Assembly: GCA_002269645.1 (NCBI GenBank) | Contig: NIVC01003580.1 | Coordinates: 1-64,000, forward strand | Reading direction: 5' to 3' | From: Macrostomum lignano | Lineage: Eukaryota | DNA: 64,000 nt | Shown here: piece after piece, positions 1 through 12,100 of the stretch | Position numbering within the stretch: position 1 is the stretch's first letter | Layout: each line of letters starts with the position of its first letter | The notes under the pieces: generated by a model | The model's input: only the letters and a program-made list of their open reading frames with translations | What the model was told of the DNA's origin: nothing | Database searches by the model: none | Translations under genes and position numbers: made by a program

Positions 1-1698
1 CCTACTTTCTTGAAATGCTAAGAAGTATAAAGCACAAACAAAATAGGGCTTAAAAGGTCTAGACTTAGTATAATATATAATATTTGTAAATTTATTTTTG
101 GCCTAAAATATTTGACTTATATGCATCATACATGTTGATTTATATGCATCATAAACAATTCTATAGCCTATAAGTATAAAAGCAAGTCTTAATAAACTAA
201 GTAGACCTCAATAAGGACTTGGCTCACAGGCAGAGCAGCCAGAGCAAAGCAATCAAATATAAGCCACTATGCCTACATGGCAAATAAATCAGTTTGAATC
301 TGAAATAAATTACTTTGAATCTGATAGGCCTAGCATGTACATTTCGGCAAAAGAAAGTGACCAGTTCGGCGAAAAGATGGGCTATGAAAAAACTCTTCAG
401 CGAAGCTTGGAATAAATTTTTTCGCCGAAATAGTCAGCTTTAGCTAGACGAAATGGTCGTTGCGAAAGTTTTTTTTCGCCGTTATTGACTTTCGCCGAAA
501 AATTCTTTCGCCGAAGTAGGTGAACCTTTCAAAATACGAATCTAGGCTATTTTACGAATTGGAATCTATTGAAATTAACAAGTTGATGATTTTATGTAAG
601 ACACTAGATTTAATAATATAATATAAATAAATCGAGACTGAAACAGTGAAACTGGAACAGAGGCAAGTTTTTGAAACATGGTAGCAAAGTCAAGTCAAGT
701 ATTCGTATACATTAAACAGATAATACTTAAGACTTAATTAATCAAATAAACAGAATGAATAGGCCTATACTAGTAGAAACTTTAATTGTAGGTAGCTAGA
801 GCCTAGCCGTAGTAGTACTCGTAGTACAAGTAAAAGATCTTTCTTCTCGCTTGGCAGCGTGGCCGCGGGAGCGGGGCCACTAGCTGCGCTGGCGCTGGGC
901 CCACGCACGAGTTCTCGCTTAAATGGAGGTTTAAGGTTTAAGATGGTACGAAAACTGAAGGTTTTAAATAAATAAAAATGGTTACAGTTTTGCCATTGCC
1001 GACTTCCAAATCAAAAAGGGTATACCCAGTTTCCTTAAAAAATGTTTTAAAAATCTTTAAAAATCTGATAGATTATCTGCACATGCTGTCATTTAGCGTC
1101 GCATTATTGTGAATAAAATCAGTGGAAAGCCTAGTCCTAAGAAAATGCTGTATTGTGATCGTACATCTACCATGCTCACCGCGTGAGGGCAAGAAAATGA
1201 CAAGAGTCGCATTGACATTCTATTTGGGTCATAAATATATTCAACGATTTATTTTCTATTAACTATTAATTTCAGTCAAATTTTGGCAATCGCATTTAGT
1301 GCGGCATGTTTGAAATGCTGTTCAGAGCATGCCACAAGAGCGATAAGAGAGGTTTCACTTGCTTTTTCGCTGTAACTTCATTTGACTAAATTCTGTGGAC
1401 TGTCTGGTGAGCTTTTTCAGCATCAAATCATTTACTGTTACATGTACATTCGCACATGTACGTTTGCATTTGCAGTCCTCCATATCCAGACTTTTTAACA
1501 TGAAAAAGATAACGAGCAGGCCAGAATTTAAGAGATAATAAACGGGTATTGTCAATCTATAAGAATTCGTGAAAGTCGCTTAGCAACTGAACTCTTGCTG
1601 CTGCATTTCTTTATTTTTATTTTACCGCCCGAAAGATTTTGTCTGCCTTCTTGCGAGCGTAAAAATCCTCTAGCTTATAAATAATTTGCATTTTCATC

Positions 1699-2693
1699 AT
1701 GCCGGAAAATCAGCAAATGTTCGGCGTGTGGAAGGCCTACAAGAGCGAGAACATGGCCGCAGTGCTTGAGAAGGCAGGTACGTTTCGCGATCGAGTCATG
1801 ATGCAATGGTACAAAATATATATGATAAGTTAACATACATTGTATACGCAGCTAGCTGTACGTCGCTTGTACAAGCAAGAGTTGACCCCCGGAAAAAATC
1901 CTGGAGCCCTGGTCCAGCTGTCTCAAACATTATAAAGTTTAAATCCAACTACAAAAGTTCATTTTAAAACCACAGGCGCACCCTGGATGGCCAGAAAGAT
2001 GGGCGCCAACGCCACGCCAACCGTGACGCTGACTCGAGTCGACGACAAGCAAATCAAAATGACCACCAAGTCGGCCATCTTCTCTATGGATCAGATCTTC
2101 GTGGTCGGCGAGATTGTCGAATTCAAGCCACCATTCCAGAACGAATCGCAGACGTTCCTGACAGAATGGACAGATGACGGGCGCCTTATTTTCTTCCAGG
2201 GCCCGGCTGGCAGCGACGTGAAGAACACCGGCATCAAGCAGATTCGCAGCCTGGAGCCCAACGGAGAGATGCTTGTGGTAGGAAACTGCATGGGCTATAT
2301 TTGTTTATTAACTGTTCTCAGAATATAACCACCGGAGAGTACGTGCCTGAGTACTACGGGAGCCGAAAAGGACTGACAGATATAGAGATATCCTCCATTG
2401 TATAGACAATGAGTATATATAATACTTGAAGCAATCTGAAATACATATAGAAGTGAGTGTTTGACCCACAGACAGGAGAGTGACTGATCTGCCAATTAGG
2501 GTGCAGTGACTGACCCATGGACTGAGTAAGAGTGACTGACAGGAGAGTGAACTGACCCTTGGACAGGAGAGTGACTGATTCACAGACAGAAAAGTGACTA
2601 AAGTTTAAAACCAACTTCGACCCTGTTACCTCCCCGCAGACGTCTATCCAAGGAGATGTGACGGGATACCGCTGGTTCAAACGGGAGAACTAA
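1699..2693 (+). CDS. Fatty acid-binding protein (FABP/iLBP family), paralog 1, 144 aa; exons 1699-1777, 1976-2277, 2640-2693
   Basis: Spliced by hand with GT-AG sites (phases 1 and 0): MPENQQMFGVWKAYKSENMAAVLEKAG|APWMARKMGANATPTV...EPNGEMLV|TSIQGDVTGYRWFKREN*. The N-terminal FGxWK..SEN motif, the G|x phase-1 intron and the C-terminal RxFKR match the iLBP family. Confidence 0.9.
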
Positions 2694-2980
2694 GAGCTTG
2701 AGTTGGAGAAAGCATGCAACTATTGAAGACATCTGGTCAACAGGAAACGTGACCTTGACAGATAACAAGTTTTCTTTCAATCCTTACTTGAAGACAAGAT
2801 TTAATACTGCATAAATACACTTTTCCATCGTTCTGCCCAAGAATATAATTCTACATGTACGTAATAATCAGAGCAGAATTCCATTTCAGTTCTTAGACAT
2901 CAAATAAACATAAGGTTTTTGTTTCAGTAATAGGAGACTTGCTTTTTTTGAAATCTCTTCAGTCTTAAAAAATCTTCTTC

Positions 2981-3255
2981 CACTCTACTCTACTCTGCTC
3001 TACTCTACTCTACGATCTGCTCTACTCTACTCTACTCTAGTCTACTCTATTCCACTTGACTCTATTCAACTATACTATACTTTACTCTAGTCTGCTTGAT
3101 TCTAGTCTACTCTACTGTACTCTACTGCACTATACTTTACTTCCACTCTACTCTACTCTACTCTGCTTTACTCTACTCTGGGCGATTCTACTCTACTCCA
3201 CTCTGCTCAACTCCACTCTACTCTGCACCTGTACTTTGCTCTCCTCTCTCCTTTA
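2981..3255. repeat. Degenerate (CTCTA)n pentanucleotide microsatellite between the FABP paralogs
   Basis: Runs of ctactctactcta with scattered substitutions. Confidence 0.9.
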
Positions 3256-3786
3256 ATGTTATCTCCAGCCTCGCTCGCATACACAGGCAATTCTCAACAT
3301 TGAAATGAAACATCGCGCGAAGAGGTAATCGCAACAGCGAGAGCACAGAACAGCAATTTATCAGCAGCAGTATGTCAAAATTTTCTTAGCTAAGCTGATA
3401 AACCGCTAGACTGCTTGGGCAAGCAGAATCAAGTTTGGAACTTTGGAAGACTCGATAACGCCGTTTTGGCAAAGCGCTATAGGAACGGGGGGGTCGTTCG
3501 TTAGGGTACGCGAGGATAGAGTTTTCGGCAGAGGAGAGAAACGAGAGGACACAGAAGTGTAAAACGCTTTCAACCCATTCACCCGACGCATGTACGGGTA
3601 AAAGTGTACGGGCTGGAATGTACACCAGAGACACAGGTCAGCACTCCATACTGAAAAGCTCTGCTTTAAAGAACAGCCCCATTTAAGTACTGAAAACGAC
3701 TAAGCTTCAATTCCCAGGGTTATTAAAGAGAAATCTAAACGTTCTATCTTTAATAGAAGCAGTGAAAATCCTTGATTGAAGCCGCC

Positions 3787-5604
3787 ATGGCAGTTGCTGG
3801 CAAAGAGAATTCTCAGCTATTCGGCGTGTGGAAGGCCTACAAGAGCGAGAATATGGCAGCGCTGATGGAGAAAGCGGGTAAGGCGGTGGAGGCTGGGTTA
3901 TGAGCTGAGATAGACACAGGCTGAGGCAGGCACAGGCTGAGGCAGACACAGAATGAGGCAGACACAGAATGAGGCAGACACAGGCTGAGGCAGGCACAGG
4001 CTGAGGCAGACACAGAATGAGGCAGACACAGAATGAGGCAGACACAGAATGAGGCAGACACAGGCTGAGGCAGGCACAGGCTGAGGCAGACACAGAATGA
4101 GGCAGACACAGAATGAGGCAGACACAGAATGAGGCAGACACAGGCTGAGGCAGGCACAGGCTGAGGCAGACACAGAATGAGGCAGACACAGAATGACGCA
4201 GACACAGAATGAGGCAGAATGAGGCAGACACAGAATGAGGCAGACACAGAATGAGGCAGACACAGAATGAGGCAGACACAGAATGAGGCAGACACAGAAT
4301 GAGGCAGACACAGAATGACGCAGACACAGAATGACGCAGACACAGAATGAGGCAGACACAGAATGAGGCAGACACAGAATGACGCAGACACAGAATGACG
4401 CAGACACAGAATGACGCAGACACAGAATGACGCAGACACAGAATGACGCAGACAGAATGAGGCAGACACAGAATGAGGCAGACACAGAATGAGGCAGACA
4501 CAGAATGACGCAGACACAGAATGACGCAGACACAGAATGACGCAGACAGAATGAGGCAGAATGAGGCAGACACAGAATGAGGCAGACACAGAATGAGGCA
4601 GACACAGAATGAGGCAGACACAGAATGACGCAGACACAGAATGAGGCAGACACAGAATGACGCAGACTGAGGCAGGCTGGATCAGACACAGGTAGACAGA
4701 CCAACTTAAGGCAGACAGCCGATTCAAGCCGATCCCCAATGTCATGCAGGCGCCCCGTGGATGGCCCGAAAGATGGGCGCCAACGCCACGCCAACCGTGA
4801 CGATGACTCGACTGGACGATCGCCGGATTAGCATCAGCTCCAAGACGATGATGTTCAACATGGAGCAGGTGCACGAGCTTGACACCCTGGTGCAGGGCGA
4901 CATGGCGATGGCGGGCAAGCAGGTGGAGTACTACACCGAGTGGACCGATGATGGAAAACTCGTCGTTTACCAGGCCGACGTGGGCGCTGGCGGCGACTTG
5001 AAGACTACTGGAATGAAAACTGTTCGAAGCTTGGAGCCCAACGGAGAAATGCTGGTGGTTCGTGCGGGCTTTCTAAATCACTGAATAACTTAAGATCCTA
5101 TTGAGCTCGAATCAGTAGTCCTGAGTTCGAATCTCATTTCTTGAATTCGAATCAGTGGTCATGGGCTCGAATATCATTTCCTGAATTCGAATCCATGGTC
5201 CTGTGCTCGAATCTCATTTCTTGAATTCGAATCAGTGGTCATGGGCTCGAATCTCATTTCTTGAATTCGAATCAGTGGTCATGGGCTCGAATCTCATTTA
5301 TTGAATTCGAATCAGTGGTCATGGGCTCGAATCTCATTTCTTAAATTCGAATCAGTGGTCATGGGCTCGAATCTCATTTCTTGAATTCGAATCAGTGGTC
5401 ATGGGCTCGAATCTCATTTATTGAATTCGAATCAGTGGTCATGGGCTCGAATCTCATTTCTTAAATTCGAATCCTAGGTCCCGAGCTCGAATCCCATATC
5501 TCAACTCTTAACTTAAAGAGTCAGAGGTAGACCCGTGTATCGCATTTTAGACCGTGAGCATGGACAACGTGGTTGCCTACCGGTGGTTCAAGAGGCAGAC
5601 TTGA
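3787..5604 (+). CDS. Fatty acid-binding protein (FABP/iLBP family), paralog 2, 150 aa; exons 3787-3877, 4750-5057, 5551-5604
   Basis: MAVAGKENSQLFGVWKAYKSENMAALMEKAG|APWMARKMGANATPTV...EPNGEMLV|TVSMDNVVAYRWFKRQT*. Intron positions and phases are the same as in paralog 1. Confidence 0.9.
3903..4690. repeat. 16-bp minisatellite (GACACAGAATGAGGCA) filling FABP2 intron 1
   Basis: Direct tandem units with gagg/gacg and caggct variants; explains the repetitive minus-strand ORFs 3707-4874. Confidence 0.95.
5103..5490. repeat. 40-bp minisatellite (CTCGAATCTCATTTCTTGAATTCGAATCAGTGGTCATGGG) in FABP2 intron 2
   Basis: About 9 tandem units, each made of two related ~20-bp halves containing TCGAAT. Confidence 0.93.
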
Positions 5605-5994
5605 AACTTCAGACATAAAACCGACTTTCAATTTTAGCAGATAAAAAAACGAACAACGTAAATTCCGTGCTATATTCTTAGTGCATTGTCGTTTATATTA
5701 TTTATTATATTTACACGTAGAAACAGTATGGCAAAGTTTGTTGGATTTTCTATCATTATCTTCCTGTCTTACCTCCAACCTCTATTAGGAGGATATGATA
5801 TTATTTCTCAGAAATTAGACTGAATGATTGCCACATTGAGCGTCCAAAATAATTTATAAAATTTGAAAGCTAAATAAATATTTCAATTATTCGACATTAT
5901 TCAAAGGTCACGGTATACTCTTAACACGTACGAGTTCTCGATCGTATACCCGTTTTTATTTTTTGTGTTTTTAAAAAAGTGAGGAATAAAATAT

Positions 5995-7197
5995 GGGAGA
6001 GAAGATGAACAGCAGGAAGATAATTGGGAAGACAGGAGGGAGAAGGGGATGAAACAGCAGGAAGATAATTGGGAAGACAGGAGGGAGAAGGGGATGAAAC
6101 AGCAGGAAGATAATTGGGAAGAGAGGAGGGAGAAGGGGATGAAACAGCAGGAAGATAATTGGGAAGACAGGAGGGAGAAGGGGATGAAACAGCAGGAAGA
6201 TAATTGGGAAGACAGGAGGGAGAAGGGGATGAAACAGCAGGAAGATAATTGGGAAGACAGGAGGGAGAAGGGGATGAAACAGCAGGAAGATAATTGGGAA
6301 GAGATAAGAGAGAGAAGGAGATGAAACAGCAGGAAGATAATTGGGAAGAGAGGAGGGAGAAGGGGATGAAACAGCAGGAAGATAATTGGGAAGAGAGGAG
6401 GGAGAAGGGGATGAAACAGCAGGAAGATAATTGGGAAGAGAGGAGGGAGAAGGGGATGAAACAGCAGGAAGATAATTGGGAAGACAGGAGGGAGAAGGGG
6501 ATGAAACAGCAGGAAGATAATTGGGAAGAGAGGAGGGAGAAGGGGATGAAACAGCAGGAAGATAATTGGGAAGAGAGGAGGGAGAAGGGGATGAAACAGC
6601 AGGAAGATAATTGGGAAGACAGGAGGGAGAAGGGGATGAAACAGCAGGAAGATAATTGGGAAGACAGGAGGGAGAAGGGGATGAAACAGCAGGAAGATAA
6701 TTGGGAAGACAGGAGGGAGAAGGGGATGAAACAGCAGGAAGATAATTGGGAAGACAGGAGGGAGAAGGGGATGAAACAGCAGGAAGATAATTGGGAAGAG
6801 ATAAGAGAGAGAAGGAGATGAAACAGCAGGAAGATAATTGGGAAGAGAGGAGGGAGAAGGGGATGAAACAGCAGGAAGATAATTGGGAAGAGAGGAGGGA
6901 GAAGGGGATGAAACAGCAGGAAGATAATTGGGAAGAGAGGAGGGAGAAGGGGATGAAACAGCAGGAAGATAATTGGGAAGAGAGGAGGGAGAAGGGGATG
7001 AAACAGCAGGAAGATAATTGGGAAGACAGGAGGGAGAAGGGGATGAAACAGCAGGAAGATAATTGGGAAGAGAGGAGGGAGAAGGGGATGAAACAGCAGG
7101 AAGATAATTGGGAAGAGAGGAGGGAGAAGGGGATGAAACAGCAGGAAGATAATTGGGAAGACAGGAGGGAGAAGGGATGAAACAACAGGAAGATAAA
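5995..7197. repeat. 45-bp purine-rich minisatellite between the 3' ends of FABP2 and the RING gene
   Basis: Unit GGGATGAAACAGCAGGAAGATAATTGGGAAGA(G/C)AGGAGGGAGAAG; a 47-bp variant recurs at 6301 and 6798. Confidence 0.95.
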
Positions 7198-7237
7198 GTT
7201 TGCGACGAAGTCAGTTAGCTGAGTACAGAAGAAGCCA

Positions 7238-7618
7238 TCACGCGAAGCACTTGTCCGCATTGCGCAACAGAGCCTCGCGGTGTTTGTCCTTCAAGTGCAG
7301 CAGGAACTCCGGCGCCAAGCCCTGGTACTGGCAGTCCGGCGCCGGGCATTTGATCGGCCGGCGCTCGCAAGCGACTTCGTGTTCGCGAATTTCGCCGCGC
7401 GGGCCTCGTCGATCGCAGTGCGGACATTTGAAGGGCAGACTGTCGATCATCCGACGGGCCAAGGCGCTGGCCTCGGCTCGCACAGGCTCGTGGCGGCACT
7501 GGGCGCACCTGTTCACCCGGGCGACGCAGGCGCGGCAGTGCACCTGGTGACAGCAGCTGGTCTCCATAGCCTGATCGGCTATCTCAAGGCAGATCGGGCA
7601 TCTTAGCCAAGCTTCCAT
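7238..7618 (-). CDS. RING finger plus SINA/SIAH-type tandem zinc-finger protein (putative E3 ligase), 126 aa, single coding exon
   Basis: CPIC..CCHQVHCRAC..CAQC RING; then CPHC..HEVAC and RPIKCPAPDCQYQG..HLKDKH, matching the SIAH C2HC + C2H2 pattern (HE..CE.RP..CP...C...G......HL...H). Confidence 0.8.
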   Translation of the reverse strand: MEAWLRCPICLEIADQAMETSCCHQVHCRACVARVNRCAQCRHEPVRAEASALARRMIDSLPFKCPHCDRRGPRGEIREHEVACERRPIKCPAPDCQYQGLAPEFLLHLKDKHREALLRNADKCFA

Positions 7619-8423
7619 CGCTTAGTAAAATAATAAGACTGCCTGGGTTCGTATTGTGAATTGAAACGAGAAACTGCTGGAAGGGTGTATCTGGGGGGGG
7701 GGCTTTTCTAGCAGTCAAATCGCTTGCGGCGTACGCGCTGCCTCCGGGGAAGGGAGGGAGCGGCAGGGGTGAGACGGATTGGAATGGACATTCTATGCCG
7801 GGGTCTGAGGGTTGGTACGAGATTACACATTATAGCTGCTTGTCCTGCTAGAGGAGAGGGGGACGAATGTACGCAAGCCCACGCTAGTAGTTTGCGAGTA
7901 CATCTGTACACTTTGCTCAGAGAGAGGGTAGTTTGTTCAGTACAGTTTTGTAGAGATAAACAGCCCTAACGCCGGTAACTCAACATTTCTCAAAAATGCT
8001 AGCTATAATACTGTCAACATATTTAAAAGATTTTGATTACTTTAAAAACAGATCTCTCTTGCACCTTAACCATATATACGGACTGGTAGAACATATCCAA
8101 TTCATTCGGCCCTACCATCCCCTCTCCTCCTCTCCTCTCTGCCCTTCATGCATTGACCTGCCAGGAAAATGACAGGAATTTCAATTTTTCTCCCAATTAC
8201 CTTTCCAAATTTTCCAGGTCCATTAGAATTGCTTGCAGACGAACCATCGAGATTTGCCCCGCGATGCATTGATTTAGCCTTGTGGCATTTTGCCCCCAAT
8301 GGGGGAACGACATCGTATATGCATGCATTAATAGCTTACCGATGCACATGTACACAAGGACCACTGTAGTAGGACTCAGGACCACAGTGGTCCTTGCATG
8401 TACATCGGTTGGGGGGGGGGGGC

Positions 8424-8774
8424 AAAATGCAGGCAAACCTTGGCGGGAAAAGCCGGGCGGGTAAACCTTGGCGGGAAAAGCCGGGCGGGTAAACCTTGGC
8501 GGGAAAAGCCGGGCGGGTAAACCTTGGCGGGAAAAGCCGGGCGGGCAAAGCTTGGCGGGAAAAGCCGGGCGGGTAAACCTTGGCGGGAAAAGCCGGGCGG
8601 GCAAACCTTGGCGGGAAAAGCCGGGCGGGCAAACCTTGGCGGGAAAAGCCGGGCGGGTATTCGTAAACCTTGGCGGGAAAAGCCGGGCGGGCAAAGCTTG
8701 GCGGGAAAAGCCGGGCGGGCAAAGCTTGGCGGGAAAAGCCGGGTGGGCAAACCTTGGCGGGAAAAGCCGGGCGG
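8424..8774. repeat. 28-bp G-rich minisatellite (AAACCTTGGCGGGAAAAGCCGGGCGGGT)
   Basis: About 12 tandem units, three GGG tracts per unit. Confidence 0.95.
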
Positions 8775-9155
8775 ACTTTAATTCCTTGTGTTTACATCAA
8801 TCAATCAATCAATCAAAATATACAGAAGACAGTTCTTCGGTGAAGATTCTGATTCGGAATTTTATTGGAAATAAGTTACAAGCATTTATTGCATAATACG
8901 AGTATTATTGATATCAGTTTTCATCCTAAGAACAAAAACAATGTGGCGCTGTCTGTTTCTAGTATAGATTGCATGCATCATTGTGAAAGATTTTGATGCC
9001 TAAGTTGCTGAGCAGCGAATCAATGGCTATGGGCTTTGCTTACATGGTAAAGCGTAAATAACGGACAAAGCAAGTCAATGTGACGGGTTAATACAATGCG
9101 ACGAGAGAAACGAAAGCGGCCGGTGTACGCCGCTGGTAACAGATGATTCCTTCGA

Positions 9156-12100
9156 CTAAACATCGCTGACGTGATCGTACGGTATCCGGGCTTGCTTTCG
9201 GCCGCCCGCTGCAGCGGCAGCCACCGCCGATACCGAGCTGTGATGCTGCCTGTGCGACATCTTTGTCAGACTGTTCAGCTGCGTGTAGCCTGGATGCTGC
9301 TGTTGTTGCTGCTGCTGCTGCTGCTGCCTCCGGTAGCCCAGCGGCGAGCCAAGCTGTCTGCCCGGGGGATGCTGCGGCACGCTGACGTATTCGCCACCGA
9401 CGCCTCCTCGCTGCTGCCGCACCGTTGTCGATGCTGCCGCCGTCAAAGCCACGTCCGGAGCGACGCCAGCACCGCACAGCCGTAGGTCAGTGTCCGACTG
9501 GCATTGCGACGAGCGGCCGGGCGCTGGAACGGAATTGGCCGAACTTCGCTGATGAAACATTCCTGCAAGGAGGGGAAAGGGAGGGAGAAGAGAGGGAGAT
9601 GAGAGGGGAAATAAGGGAGGGAGAGGGGAGGAAGATGAGAGGGGAAAGGGAGGGAGAAGGGAGGAAGATGGGAGAGGAAAGGGAGAAGAGATGAAGATGA
9701 GAGGGGAAGGGAGGGAGAAAGGAGGAAGATTAGAGGGGAAGGGAGGGAGAAAGGAGGAAGATGGGAGAGGAAAGGGAGAAGAGAGAGGATGAGAGGGGGA
9801 GTGAGAGAGAAGGGAGGGAGAAGGAAGGGAGAAGGAAGAGAGAAGGGAGGGAGAATGGAGGAAGATGAGGGGGAGAAGGAAGGCAGGAGGGCGAAGAGAA
9901 AGGAGAGAGAAGGGAGGGAGAAGGGAGGAAGATGAGGGGGAGAAGGGAGGCAGGAGGGCGAAGAGAAAGGAGAGAGAAGGGAGGGAGAAGGGAGGAAGAT
10001 GAGGGGGAGAAGGGAGGCAGGAGGGCGAAGAGAAAGGAGAGGAGGTGAGTTAGGGTTAATACATGGAACCCATGGGCTTGTCAGATGTAGCTCGCACACT
10101 GCCTGACCATGAGATTAGATCTGTGCTTGCGTACCTGAGTGCTTCAGACATTAGGTAATGGAGTTGAGTGTTGCGTCATCAAGAAGTTGCGTCAGAACCT
10201 ACACCGGCCACTGCAACCCTGACTAACTGACAAATAAATTCGTCAACAGAGAAAAACAGGTATTTAGGAACATTTCTCAGGAGATCACAAAAGAACTGCG
10301 CTAAGCGTTTGCTGCTTACCGAGGTCATCTAGACCGCAGATTCCCAGCTTCGCCAGATCCGTTCTGCTTGTCCTCGACATCCTCTGCTGATTCAGGGCGG
10401 CGGCGGCTGCGGCGGCTGGTTCGTCATCGCACTTCTCGTACTGCTGGTGCTGCTGCTGCTGTCTCTGCTGTTGCCGGTAATTCTTTTTCAGCGCTAGAGG
10501 CTGCACGGTCAAGTGGGAGACGCTTATGGGTGTTACTTGTTATTCATTGGTCATTTGGGACGCTGGAAGTCTAAAGGGAAGTGCTGAATCAAGAAGAGAC
10601 ACCAGAGCCTCACCCGGAAGAAGCATTTAAGCATTTAAAGATAAAAGCATCAAATTGCAGGGAAGTTTCGCAGGCAACTTACAATTGACGAGGCCGGATA
10701 TCCGGTTTGCTCGGACCGCCCCGTGTGGTGCTGCGTCTTCATGGTCAGCGACTCGTATGCCCTGGCTGGGTCCATCTTCATCAACTCGGACGGATCGACT
10801 GTAGAAGAGAACGGGAGCGATGTTGACCTTCGTCCTACTAAATCTGTGATAATTTGATAATGAAGATACTTCAAACTGAGACATGGCGAATATTTTCAGA
10901 CAAATAATACATAACTTCATATTAGAAAGCATATAATTCGTAGTCTCAATCCATAAAAAGATTCCCATCTTTTTTCGCTCATCAAAGCCCACGCAATCGC
11001 GGCCCATCCCGCCTCAAGAGCCGGCCAGAATCAAACGAATCAAAGCAACAGCTGAGCAGAGAAGGCAGAGAAGAAAAAGGGGCCGGCCCACTAATGCGTG
11101 GGGGAGGGGGTGGGCTGCGATTATTTAGCCACCTGAGCTGTTATAATTAAAGGGAAGACTGAAGCGCGGAGACGGGGCGGTGCAAAAAAATGTCGCGTGT
11201 GAAAAGTGTCGGCAGGGGAGCGCGCGGGGTTGGCCCCGAGGTACAGTAAGTGAAGGCGTTCAAGCGCTCATGCCTCGACTGTAACCTCGAAGGCTCGAAG
11301 CCGGCCCAGAAGCTAAGTAAATTTGCGATGGCTTTTTAGTCTCAGCCGTTCCTTCTCATGCGGAACGGGGCAATGAACAACAATTGCAGTCGTGCGCTCC
11401 ACCATATAGTGAGTTGAGCTCAATTAACAACCGGGGTTAATTCCTTTGTAAAAACCCACCGATGCGCGACCAGCAAACCCGACACCCTTCAAGCCAGGGC
11501 CACCAGCTGCTGCAGTCCTTGAGCTTTAGTCGAGATTCAACGAGAAAGCTTCGCTTAAAAGCGAATGACACCTTCCAGGTAAGAGGATCTGCAGGTCCTC
11601 AGCAATGTGACTAGAAAACAATAGAGCTCACACACTTGTGCTCTTGGTACTCAGTATTGTTTTACTATTTTAGCAGATAGACTAGCTCTGATATGGATAG
11701 CTTTGTCTGCGAGCAGAGAGGGAGCTTGTTCGTGCATTGCAGTGAACTGGAGCCAGCCTCCTTCTTCTGCGCTCCCGCGGCTTTACCAGAAAATCAATCA
11801 AAAGAAGGCGGACAAAGAAAGAAAGGAGGCACAGGTATGACACAGCTAGGCATCTGCGCGTCAGTAGCAAGAAAATGAATCAAAGAAATTGCGCACCAGA
11901 CAGACAGAGTGACAGACAGGTTAATTAATCTCTGCATAAGGAAAGCAATATGAACCTCGAAGTCCTTGATTGCCAGCTCTCTCCATCAGTTTTTGTTTAA
12001 CTGACTTCCATCCTCGCACCAACCATTATTAAAATTTCACACTTGGAAAACTTTCTGGGGGGGGGGGCGAAAAAAAGTGAAACACGACCCGCAAATGCTG

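Noticed and set aside
3707-4874. 300-345 aa minus-strand ORFs (SASFCVCLILCLPH repeats)
   Set aside because: They are translations of the 16-bp intronic minisatellite, antisense to FABP2.
5971-7260. 429-aa minus ORF and MKQQEDNWEERREKG plus-strand ORFs
   Set aside because: A stop-free 45-bp unit produces them; there is no unique coding context or splice support.
10046-10056. TTAGGG telomere-like hexamer
   Set aside because: Single copy, expected by chance.
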